From Paracoccus suum (GTDB lineage Bacteria > Pseudomonadota > Alphaproteobacteria > Rhodobacterales > Rhodobacteraceae): DNA of 32,000 nucleotides. Both the position numbers and the translations under genes were made by a program. The stretch is from assembly GCF_003324675.1 (NCBI RefSeq), contig NZ_CP030918.1, forward strand, positions 3,000,001 through 3,032,000. The letters run 5' to 3'. This document shows positions 1-9,375 of this stretch, in pieces. Position 1 is the first letter of the stretch. The number at the start of each line of letters is the position of its first letter. A model generated the notes under the pieces. It had not been told where the DNA came from. It made no database searches and saw only the letters and a list, made by a program, of their open reading frames with translations.

Positions 1-1
1 A

Positions 2-274
2 TGGTTAGAGCGCACGCGCTCGCGCTACACCGGCGGCGGCTACGGATACGGCTGGTTCATGGGCGAAGTCGCGGGGCGGCAGGTCCGCTACGGCTGGGGC
101 TATGGGGGCCAAATGGTATATGTCGTCCCAGCGCTTGGACTGACGGTCGTGATGACATCGGACGAGACGACCCCCTCTGCCGCGACCAGGCATCGCGAGG
201 CGCTATACGCGCTTCTGGGCCAGATCGTCTCTGCCTTCGACCCGGCAAAGGACAGTCCTACCGACGGACAATGA
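2..274 (+). CDS. serine hydrolase / beta-lactamase-related protein, C-terminal fragment (5' end lies outside the window)
   Basis: Frame 2 is open from the window edge. The translation WLERTRSRYTGGGYGYGWFMGEVAGRQVRYGWGYGGQMVYVVPALGLTVVMTSD... resembles the C-terminal block of class-C beta-lactamase-like serine hydrolases. Stop TGA at 272-274. Confidence 0.55.
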   Translation, partial: WLERTRSRYTGGGYGYGWFMGEVAGRQVRYGWGYGGQMVYVVPALGLTVVMTSDETTPSAATRHREALYALLGQIVSAFDPAKDSPTDGQ

Positions 275-391
275 GTCCGCGCATAAAGCGTCTCGTCCCA
301 TAATTCGCGGAAAACCAAACAACAACCGAGCCCTATGGGCGGCACACCGTCGCGCGGGCAAGTCGCCGCGCTTGGCCCGGGACAAAAACTG

Positions 392-431
392 TTGACCCAA
401 CGTCCGCGGCTTGTTTATGCATATCCTGCAT
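392..431 (+). promoter_or_regulatory. candidate promoter plus LysR-type dyad upstream of the CMD gene
   Basis: TTGACC at 392-397 with TATGCA 18 nt downstream (416-421). Perfect dyad ATGCA-N5-TGCAT at 417-431 contains a T-N11-A core. AAGGA Shine-Dalgarno at 454-458, 6 nt before ATG 465. Confidence 0.3.
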
Positions 432-464
432 CAAGTATGAAACATAATACCCGAAGGATGGGTC

Positions 465-917
465 ATGCGCGAAACTTCCGCAAATTTGTGGGATAGTCCC
501 ACGGCAGCGCCGGTCGCGGCCGCACGGCCCAATATCGTCGCGCTGAGCCGCGCCGCCGAGACGGCGGTCATCGCGCCGCGCGACGGCGGGGCATGGTGGG
601 CAGACTGGCGCCGGGCCGTTGCCGCACGCATCGCCACCCTCAACGGGCAGGACGCCATGGCAGCCAATTGGCGCGAGGGGCTGGATGGCGAGGCCCTGAA
701 GGTCGCTGACCCGGCCGCAGGCACGGACACCATCCTCGGCTTTGTCGATGGCGTGGCGACCCATCCCAAGGATGTCACCGCAGCCGATGTCGAGGCGCTG
801 AAAGCGGCCGGCGTGTCCGAGGCGGATATCGTCCGCCTGTGCGAGCTGGTGGCCTTCATCAGCTACCAGTGCCGCGTCGCCGCCGGAATGGCGCTGCTGG
901 AAGGAGCCGCCCAATGA
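465..917 (+). CDS. CMD (carboxymuconolactone decarboxylase / AhpD-like fold) domain protein lacking a CxxC motif
   Basis: 150-aa ORF with an SD. The C-terminal half (DVTAADVEALKAAGVSEADIVRLCELVAFISYQCRVAAGMALL) looks like a CMD-family helical repeat. Its stop overlaps the next start (ATGA 914-917). Confidence 0.8.
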   Translation: MRETSANLWDSPTAAPVAAARPNIVALSRAAETAVIAPRDGGAWWADWRRAVAARIATLNGQDAMAANWREGLDGEALKVADPAAGTDTILGFVDGVATHPKDVTAADVEALKAAGVSEADIVRLCELVAFISYQCRVAAGMALLEGAAQ

Positions 918-1495
918 GCCGTATCCTGCACCGCTTTACCCGCACCATTCCCGGCTGGCAGCCACGGGTCACGCCACTCGATCTGAAGGAAGCCTCGGCC
1001 GAGCAACTGGACGCGCTGAAGGTCACGCCGTCCAACACCAAGGTGTCGGACTACGTTCTGGTCCTGGCGCATGACCCGGAAACGCTGGCCGTGCGCTCGC
1101 CGCTCTTCAACGCCATCATGTACGAGACCGGCGGCCTCGGCCGGGCCGAGCGTGAACTGGGCGCAATCGGCGCCTCGATTGTCAACCGCTGCGTCTATTG
1201 CGCCGCCGTCCACGCCAACCGCCACGCGCAGCTGTCGCGCGATTCCGCCGTGATGGACGAGATCTTCGCCCAAGGCGAATCCGCGAAGCTGGGCGAGCGC
1301 GACCAGGCGATCTTTGATTTCGCCGTCAAGCTCTCGCAATGCCCACCCGCCGCCGGCCCGGCCGACATGGCGCGCCTGCGCGAAGCCGGGCTGGAGGACG
1401 CCGAGATCGTGGACCTGATCCTGTCCACTTCACTCTTCGGCTGGGCCAACCGGCTGATGCACGTTCTCGGCGATCCGGTCCGGGAAGACGCCTGA
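914..1495 (+). CDS. peroxidase-related AhpD-family protein (alkylhydroperoxidase core domain, CxxC)
   Basis: ATG 914 overlaps the upstream stop. Motif IVNRCVYCAAVHANRH gives Cys93/Cys96 (codons 1190-1192 and 1199-1201), typical of the AhpD/CMD redox core. The longer ORF from 839 is an overlap artefact. Confidence 0.85.
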   Translation: MSRILHRFTRTIPGWQPRVTPLDLKEASAEQLDALKVTPSNTKVSDYVLVLAHDPETLAVRSPLFNAIMYETGGLGRAERELGAIGASIVNRCVYCAAVHANRHAQLSRDSAVMDEIFAQGESAKLGERDQAIFDFAVKLSQCPPAAGPADMARLREAGLEDAEIVDLILSTSLFGWANRLMHVLGDPVREDA

Positions 1496-1496
1496 C

Positions 1497-2456
1497 ATGC
1501 CCCGCCTGAAGGTTCTTGAGGCATATCTCGAGGTCGCGGCGCTTGGCAGCGTGACGGCGGCGGCGCGCAGCCTCGGCTGCTCGCAACCTTCGGTGAGCCG
1601 CATGATCCAGGAGCTGGAGCGGGATCTGGGCCGCCCGCTGTTCGAGCGGTCGGGCCAGCGGCTGGTGCTGACCTCGCATGGCATGCTGCTGCGCGACGAT
1701 GTCGCGCGGGCCCTCTCCGGCTTTGATGATTTGTGGGAGCGCGCGCGCGAGGGCGCGACCCAGGCCGCGCCGCCGGTGCGCGTCGCCGCCACCTCGTCCA
1801 TGGCCATGGGCCTGCTGCCCGAGGCCTGGAAGGCGCTGGGCGGCGTTCAGAACCTGCGCCTTGCGGTACAGATCGAGACGCCGGACCTTGTCCAGAACGC
1901 CATCGTGACGGGCGCAGCCGAAATTGGCGCGACCAGTGCGCCGCTTCTGCATCGCGACCTGACGGTCGAGTGGCTCGGCGCTGCCGCCTGCGTTCTCGCA
2001 GTCCCCGAGGATGACCCGCTGGCCTCCGAGGACGGTCCCATCCCGCTCGCGGCGCTGCGCGGCCGCCCCCTGATCGGCATGTCCCTGCGCCGGGGTGTTC
2101 CCGCCCGTATCCGCGCCGCCCTGCGCGCGGTCGGGGTCGAGCCGTCGAACATCATCCGCACCAATTCCACCATCAACGCGATGGCCTTCATCCGCGCCGG
2201 CGCAGGGGTCGCGATCGTCGAGCCGCTGACCCCGCGCGGCGCGCCGACCCCCGGCGTGCGCATCCTGCCGCTGGATACCGCGATCCCGTATGCCTTCGGC
2301 GTCGTCACCGCACGCGCCTCGGTGCTGGGCGAGCGCGCGCGGCCGCTTGTGGCCGCCCTGCGCGCCGCTGCGGACACGCTCGACGGCTTCAACCAGATCG
2401 CCCCCGAGGACCACCAGTCCTTCCTCACCTCGCTGACCAAGGACGAGAACTTGTGA
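1497..2456 (+). CDS. LysR family transcriptional regulator
   Basis: N-terminal wHTH LEVAALGSVTAAARSLGCSQPSVSRMIQELERDLGRPLFERSGQRLVLT, 319 aa. ATG lies 1 nt after the upstream stop. Confidence 0.92.
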   Translation: MPRLKVLEAYLEVAALGSVTAAARSLGCSQPSVSRMIQELERDLGRPLFERSGQRLVLTSHGMLLRDDVARALSGFDDLWERAREGATQAAPPVRVAATSSMAMGLLPEAWKALGGVQNLRLAVQIETPDLVQNAIVTGAAEIGATSAPLLHRDLTVEWLGAAACVLAVPEDDPLASEDGPIPLAALRGRPLIGMSLRRGVPARIRAALRAVGVEPSNIIRTNSTINAMAFIRAGAGVAIVEPLTPRGAPTPGVRILPLDTAIPYAFGVVTARASVLGERARPLVAALRAAADTLDGFNQIAPEDHQSFLTSLTKDENL

Positions 2457-3912
2457 GCACCGATATGAACGCCAACTTCAAACCCGAGGGCCTTGAGGCG
2501 CTGAACGCCCGCGTCGCGCGCGATCTCGCGCTGCTCACCCTGCCCTCTCAGCGCTGGGTTCCCGACGTATTGGTGGATGGCGAGCCGTTGCTGGACGTCG
2601 CGATCATCGGCGCCGGCATGGCGGGCCTCGCCGCCGCGGGCGCGCTGCGCAACATCGGCGTCGCCGTGCGCAACTTCGACGCCCGGCCGCGCGGTCTGGA
2701 AGGGCCCTGGGCCACGACCGCGCGCATGGAAACCCTTCGCTCGCCCAAGTCCCTGACCGGCCCGGCACTTGGCATCCCCTCACTGACCTTCCGCGCCTGG
2801 TTCGAGGCGCAGTTCGGCCTCGCCGCCTGGGAGGCGCTGGACAAGATCCCGCGCCTGCAGTGGATGGATTACCTTCGCTGGTTCCGCGCAGTCATGGACA
2901 TCGACGTGCGCAATGAGCATCGCATCACCAAGATTCACCTGCGCCCCGACCATGTGCTGCTGGACATGGAGACCCCTGACGGCCCGCTGACCTTGCGCGC
3001 GCGGCATGTCGTGCTGGCGACCGGACGCGACGGCCTTGGGGGGCATCGGTGCCACCGCTGGCGCACTCGCTGCCGTCCGACCGCTGGGCGCATTCGTCCG
3101 ATGACAATGATTACAACGAGCTGCGCGGAAAGCGCGTGGTTGTGGTTGGCGCGGGTGCCTCGGCCATGGACAGCGCCGGCACCGCGTTGGAGGCGGGTGC
3201 GACCAGTGTCGATCTACTGATCCGGCGCGCCGAGATTCCGCGTATCAACCGTGGCAAGGGCATGGGCAACGCCGGCGCAGTGGCGGGTTATGCCTCGCTA
3301 CCCGACGACTGGAAATGGCGCATCAACAGTTATGTCGCGCGCGAGCAATTGCCGCCCCCCCGCGGCAGCATGCTGCGCGTCTCGGCCTTTCCGAATGCCC
3401 GCTTCCGGCAAGGCAGCGCGCTGGTCTCGGCCGAGATGGTCGGCGACGAGGTGCTGATCCAGACCACGCGCGGCCCCGTGCGCTGCGACTTCGTGATCTT
3501 CTCGACCGGCTTCAAGGTCGATTGGGCCGCCCGCCCCTACCTGTCCGAGATCGCCGCCTGCGCCCGCAGCTGGGCTGATCGCGGCATGCCGGCCGATGCC
3601 GACCCCGGCCTCGCCGCCCTGCCAGACCTTGGCCAGGCATTCGAGTTCCTGCCGCGCGAGCCGGGCGCCTGTCCCGGCCTGCAGCGGGTCCATTGCTTCT
3701 GTTACCCGGCGGTCATGTCACATGGCACCGTGTCCGGCGATATTCCCGCCATCAGCGACGGCGCCCTGCGCCTGTCGCAGGGGATCGCCGCCAGCCTCTA
3801 TGTCGAGGATGTCGAGACCCACTTCGCCCGCGGCCAGGCCTATTCAGAACTGGAAATCTTTGGCGACGAGTGGACCCCGTGGACCGAAGGCGCCGAGGAT
3901 GTGGTCGCATGA
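2453..3912 (+). pseudogene. FAD/NAD(P)-binding flavoprotein (class-B monooxygenase-like, two dinucleotide folds), disrupted by a -1 nt frameshift in a G6 run
   Basis: The frame-2 ORF (from GTG 2453) is protein-like up to ...RHVVLATGRDGLGG (codons to 3043) and carries DVAIIGAGMAGLAAAG. The protein continues in frame 1 (ASVPPLAHSLPSDRW...RVVVVGAGASAMDSAG...FSTGF...) to stop 3910-3912. The span is 1460 nt, not a multiple of 3. One extra G in GGGGGG (3038-3043) would give one 486-aa ORF. Confidence 0.8.
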
Positions 3913-4883
3913 TCCTCTGGTTGATCCGAAGGATCGCGCAGGCGGTATTGGTGGTTTTCGCCATGTCCGTGGTGGTGTTCATGGGCATGCACATGATCGG
4001 CAGCCCGGCCGACATGCTGCTGGCGCCGGACGCCACCCAGGCTGACAGGGCCCAACTGATCGCAGAACTTGGCCTGGACCGGCCGCTGCTCGAGCAATAC
4101 TGGCGCTTCCTGGTCAGCGCGCTGCACGGTGATCTGGGCCGCAGCTTCGTCTATAACGTGCCTGCGGTAACGCTGATCCTGCAGCGCCTGCCGGCAACGC
4201 TGGAGCTGGCGTTTTCAGCCTTGTTCCTGGCGATCCTGTTCGGGGTGCCGCTGGGCCTTTACGCCGGGCTGCGTCCGGACAGCTGGCTGGGTCGCGGCAT
4301 CACCACAGGCTCGATCCTCGGCTTTTCGCTGCCCTCGTTCTGGGTCGGCCTGCTGCTGATCATGACCTTCAGCGTCTCGCTGCACTGGCTGCCGGCCAGC
4401 GGCCGGGGCGAGACGGTGCGCGTCTTCGGCGTCAACTGGTCGTTCCTGACACTCGACGGGCTGCGGCACATGATCCTGCCGGCGATCAACCTGGCGCTGT
4501 TCAAGATATCGCTGGTGATCCGCCTGACACGCGCCGGCGTGCGCGAGGTCATGCCGCTGGATTACGTCCGCTTTGCCCGTGCCAAGGGCCTGCGGCCCGG
4601 CCGGATCGTGGTCATGCATATCCTGCGCAACATCATGATCCCTCTGGTCACGGTGCTGGGCATCGAACTCGGCTCGACCATCGCTTTTGCGGTCGTGACG
4701 GAAAGCATCTTCTCGTGGCCGGGGGCGGGCAAGCTGATCCTTGACAGCATCAACGCTTTGGATCGCCCCGTCGTGGTCGCCTACCTGCTGGTGGTCGTCA
4801 CTTTGTTCGTTCTTATCAACCTGGTCGTCGACATCCTTTACCGCTTCCTCGATCCCCGCGTGCGTGTGGAGGCCGCGGCATGA
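3909..4883 (+). CDS. ABC transporter permease, DppB/OppB type (peptide/nickel family)
   Basis: Starts MILWLIRRIAQAVLVVFAMSVVVF at ATG 3909 (ATGA overlap). Multiple TM segments and the typical C-terminal LYRFLDPRVR motif. Confidence 0.9.
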   Translation: MILWLIRRIAQAVLVVFAMSVVVFMGMHMIGSPADMLLAPDATQADRAQLIAELGLDRPLLEQYWRFLVSALHGDLGRSFVYNVPAVTLILQRLPATLELAFSALFLAILFGVPLGLYAGLRPDSWLGRGITTGSILGFSLPSFWVGLLLIMTFSVSLHWLPASGRGETVRVFGVNWSFLTLDGLRHMILPAINLALFKISLVIRLTRAGVREVMPLDYVRFARAKGLRPGRIVVMHILRNIMIPLVTVLGIELGSTIAFAVVTESIFSWPGAGKLILDSINALDRPVVVAYLLVVVTLFVLINLVVDILYRFLDPRVRVEAAA

Positions 4884-5778
4884 GCGTCACCTCCGCCACC
4901 GTGCGCCCGGTCAAGGCGCGGGCCGGCACACTGCGCCGCTTCCTGCGCTCGCCCACGGCCGTCGTCGGGCTGGTGCTGCTGACGCTGCTGATCTTCGGCG
5001 CGCTGTTCGCCCCGCAGATCGCGCCGCAGAACCCGTTCGACCTGCGCGCCATCGACGTGATGGACGCCCGGCTCGAGCCGGGCAGCAAGAACCTCGCCGG
5101 CGATCTGACCTATTGGCTCGGGACCGACGGACAGGGGCGCGATTTGCTGTCGGCGATCCTCTACGGCTTGCGCACCAGCCTGACGGTCGGGGTCGGCTCA
5201 GCCGTCATCGCGGGCGTTCTCGGGACGGTCCTCGGCCTCATCGCGGCGTGGAGCGGCGGCTTTCTCGATGCGCTCATCATGCGTGTCGTTGACCTGCTGA
5301 TGTCCCTGCCCTCGATCCTGATTGCGCTGCTGCTGCTGGCACTGCTGGGCAAGGGCGTGGGCAACGTGATCCTGACGCTGGTGCTTCTGGAATGGGCCTA
5401 CTACGCCCGCACCGCGCGCGGTCAGGCCCTGGTCGAAGGCAAGCGTGACTATGTCGAGGCCGCCCGCGGCCTGGGCCTCCCGATCCGCCGCATCCTGCTG
5501 CGCCATATCCTGCCCAACTGCCTGCCGCCGCTATTGGTGATCGCGGCGCTGCAAGTGGCCCGTGCCATCACGCTGGAGGCGACGCTCAGCTTCCTCGGCC
5601 TTGGCGTGCCGGTCACGCAACCCTCGCTGGGCCTGCTGGTGGCGAACGGCTTTCAGTTCATGCTGTCCGGCGAATACTGGATCAGCTTCTTTCCCGGCCT
5701 GACGCTGCTGCTGGCGATCGTGGCGATCAATCTCGTGGCCGACCGCCTGCGCGAGGTTCTGGACCCGAGGTCTCTGCG

Positions 5779-5782
<4 letters not shown>
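4880..5782 (+). CDS. ABC transporter permease, DppC/OppC type
   Basis: 300 aa, ATGA overlap with the upstream gene. Motifs LGTDGQGRDLLS and EAARGLG, C-terminal ADRLREVLDPR. Confidence 0.9.
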
Positions 5783-6770
<988 letters not shown>

Positions 6771-6774
<4 letters not shown>

Positions 6775-7799
6775 CCGCCTTCGACCGAGAGCAGGACGAC
6801 ACCGTGGCGCTGCGGATGACGGGCGTGACCCGGACCTTCGGCGCCAAGCCCGGCCTGATGCAGAAACTTCGACTGGCGCCACCGCAGCCCGTCGTTCATG
6901 CGCTGGATGGCATTGACCTGACAATCGAGCGCGGCGGCTTTGTCGGCCTCGTGGGCGAGTCGGGCAGCGGCAAGTCCACCCTCGGCCGGATCGCGGCGGG
7001 CCTGCTGCGCGCCACCGCTGGCAAGGTCAGCGTCTTTGGCCACGACCCCATGGCGGGGCGCGAGATTCACCGTCAGGTGCAGCTGATCTTTCAGGACCCG
7101 CAGGCCAGCCTGAACCCGCGCATCCGAGTCGACCGCGCGTTGAGCGAGGCGCCCCTGTTTCATGGCCTGACTAAGCCCTCCGAGGTGGACGCCTATGTCG
7201 CCGCGCAGATGACGCGCGCCGGCCTCGACCCGGCGTTCCGGTTCCGCTTTCCGCACCAGTTCTCGGGCGGGCAGCGCCAGCGCGTGTCGATCGCGCGGGC
7301 GTTGGCGATGCAGCCGCGGTTCCTCGTCTGCGACGAATCCGTCGCTTCGCTGGACGTGTCGATCCAGGCGCAGATCCTGAACCTGTTCATGTCCTTGCGG
7401 CGCGAACTGGACCTGACCTACCTTTTCATCAGCCACGATCTGCGCGTCGTCCAGCACGTCGCGGACAGGGTGGTGATCATGTATCTGGGCCGCATCGTCG
7501 AGGATGCGCCGGCGGCCGAGTTCTTTGCCAACCCGAACCATCCCTACACCATCGGCCTGCTGGCCGAGATCCCGGACCTGCGCCAGCGGCGCAAGGTATT
7601 CGTCCCGGTCAAGGGCGAAATCCCCAGCCCGATCGCACCGCCGCCGGGCTGTCACTACCACACCCGTTGCCCGTTTGCTTTCGACCGCTGCCGCGTCGAA
7701 CGCCCGGCCCTCAAGCTGGTCGCGCCGCAGCACCTCAGTGCCTGCCACCTCAATGACACGCTGGGCGGAAATCCCACCGCCCGCAATAAGGGAGCCTGA
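6771..7799 (+). CDS. ABC transporter ATP-binding protein, DppF/OppF type
   Basis: Walker A GESGSGKST, signature FSGGQRQR, Walker B FLVCDESVASLD, C-terminal HPYTIGL...GCHYHTRCP. Confidence 0.93.
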
Positions 7800-7803
7800 A
7801 ACC

Positions 7804-9375
7804 ATGACCAAACACCTGAAGTCCCTGATCCTGTCCACGGCACTGGCGGCCTTGCCGCTGAGCGCCTGGGCCGAGGACCTGACTATCGGTTTCGCCGACC
7901 CGGTGTCGTCCATCGACCCGCAGTTGAACAACCACGCGGGCGACCACTCCGTCTCGCAGCACTTCTGGCCCACCATCGTCGGCCAGCGTACCGAAGGCGG
8001 GCTGATCCCCGGCCTCGCCGCCGAGTGGAAGAACACCGACCCGACGACCTGGGAATTCAAGCTGCGCGACAACGCGGTCTGGACCGACGGCACCCCGGTC
8101 ACGGCCGATGACGTCGCCTTCTCCTATCAGCGCGCGCTCGACGTGCCGGGCAGCGTCGCCAGCTTCAAGAGCTTCCTGCGCACCGTCGACAAGGTCGAGG
8201 TCAAGGACCCGCACACAGTCGTAATCACCACCAAGGCGCCCGACCCGATCCTGCCGATCAACCTGTCGTCCATCTATATCGTCAGCAAGCATGTCGGCGA
8301 GACGGCGACCACCGACGACTACAACAGCGGCAAGGCGATGGTCACCTCAGGCCCCTATGCCTTCGTCAGCTACACGCCCGGCGATCGCATCGAGATGAAG
8401 CGGGACGACAATTACTGGGGCGACAAGCAGGTCTGGGACAAGGTCAGCTATCGTTACATCGCCAACCCCGCCGCCCGCACCGCCGCACTGCTGTCGGGCG
8501 ACGTGGACGTGATCGACAAGGTCTCGGTCTCGGACATCAAGACGCTCGAGGACAACAACAAGGTCAAGGTCTGGTCCTATCCGGGTCTGCGCGTGCTGAT
8601 CCTGCAGCCCAGCTTCAACCCCGAGCCGAACAAGTTCATCACCGACAACGCCGGCAAGCCGCTGGACAAGAACCCGCTGCTGGACGTCAAGGTGCGCCAA
8701 GCGCTGAACATGGCTATCAACCGTGAGGCGGTGGTCGACCGGGTCATGCGCGGCGGCGCCACTGTAGCGACGCAGTGGATGCCGGCCGACACCTTTGGGT
8801 ATGATCCCGACCATGCCGAGATCGCCTTTGATCCGGATGGCGCCAAAAAGTTGCTGTCCGACGCGGGTTATCCCGAAGGCTTCAAGCTGACCATGCACGT
8901 TCCGGGCGACCGCTATCCGCTGGCCCCCGAGACCGCGCAGGCCATCGCCCAGTTCTGGAGCCGGATTGGCGTTCAGACCCAGGTCGAGGTGGTCCCGTTC
9001 TCGGTCTACTCGGGCGCTGCGAACAAGAACGAGTACGCGATGTCGATGATCGGCTGGGGCAACGGCACGGCCGAGGGCACCTATGCCATGACCTCGATCC
9101 TTGCTACCAACGACAAGGAAAAGGGCCTCGGCGCGTCCAACTGGGGCCGTTACAGCAACCCCAAGCTGGACGAGGCACTGGCGGCGGCGAGTTCCGAGTT
9201 CGATGACGCCAAGCGCGAGGCGATCATCAAGGACGCGGTCAAGGTGGTGATGGACGATGTCGGGATCATCCCGCTGTTCCACTACAAGAACATCTGGGCC
9301 AGCCGCCCGGACCTGAAGGTGGTGCCTTACAACAGCGACCGGACCGAGGCGATGCAGGTCAGCAAGGCCGAGTGA
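7804..9375 (+). CDS. ABC transporter substrate-binding protein, family 5 (DppA/OppA-like), Sec signal peptide
   Basis: ATG 7804 is preceded by GGGAG. Signal MTKHLKSLILSTALAALPLSAWA/EDL. 523 aa of family-5 SBP character (GLIPGLAAEWK...WEFKLRDNAVWTDG). The ORF-track extension back to 7504 overlaps the ATPase gene and is rejected. Confidence 0.9.
   Translation: MTKHLKSLILSTALAALPLSAWAEDLTIGFADPVSSIDPQLNNHAGDHSVSQHFWPTIVGQRTEGGLIPGLAAEWKNTDPTTWEFKLRDNAVWTDGTPVTADDVAFSYQRALDVPGSVASFKSFLRTVDKVEVKDPHTVVITTKAPDPILPINLSSIYIVSKHVGETATTDDYNSGKAMVTSGPYAFVSYTPGDRIEMKRDDNYWGDKQVWDKVSYRYIANPAARTAALLSGDVDVIDKVSVSDIKTLEDNNKVKVWSYPGLRVLILQPSFNPEPNKFITDNAGKPLDKNPLLDVKVRQALNMAINREAVVDRVMRGGATVATQWMPADTFGYDPDHAEIAFDPDGAKKLLSDAGYPEGFKLTMHVPGDRYPLAPETAQAIAQFWSRIGVQTQVEVVPFSVYSGAANKNEYAMSMIGWGNGTAEGTYAMTSILATNDKEKGLGASNWGRYSNPKLDEALAAASSEFDDAKREAIIKDAVKVVMDDVGIIPLFHYKNIWASRPDLKVVPYNSDRTEAMQVSKAE

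Noticed and set aside
1326-2414. 362-aa minus-strand ORF opposite the LysR gene, and the 193-aa ORF 333..914 opposite the CMD gene.
   Set aside because: They are shadow ORFs. The + strand frames have clear HTH and CMD features, and the operon shows coupled starts and stops.
3038-3043. Possibility that the G6 run is a programmed ribosomal frameshift or a phase-variation tract.
   Set aside because: I see no slippery heptamer of the X XXY YYZ type and no downstream stimulatory structure. Six G is short for efficient slipped-strand switching. A mutation or a homopolymer read error is the simpler explanation.
7504-7803. N-terminal extensions offered by the ORF track: SBP from 7504, permease from 3693, AhpD-like from 839, DAO oxidase from 15245, SBP from 29058, ATPase from 26757, kdpE from 31975, Pcm fusion from 11161.
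   Set aside because: The extensions are Arg/Pro-rich and overlap upstream genes or promoter regions. Internal ATGs with good SD motifs and canonical protein N-termini (signal peptides, MPLIEIENV, MILWLIRR and so on) fit better.
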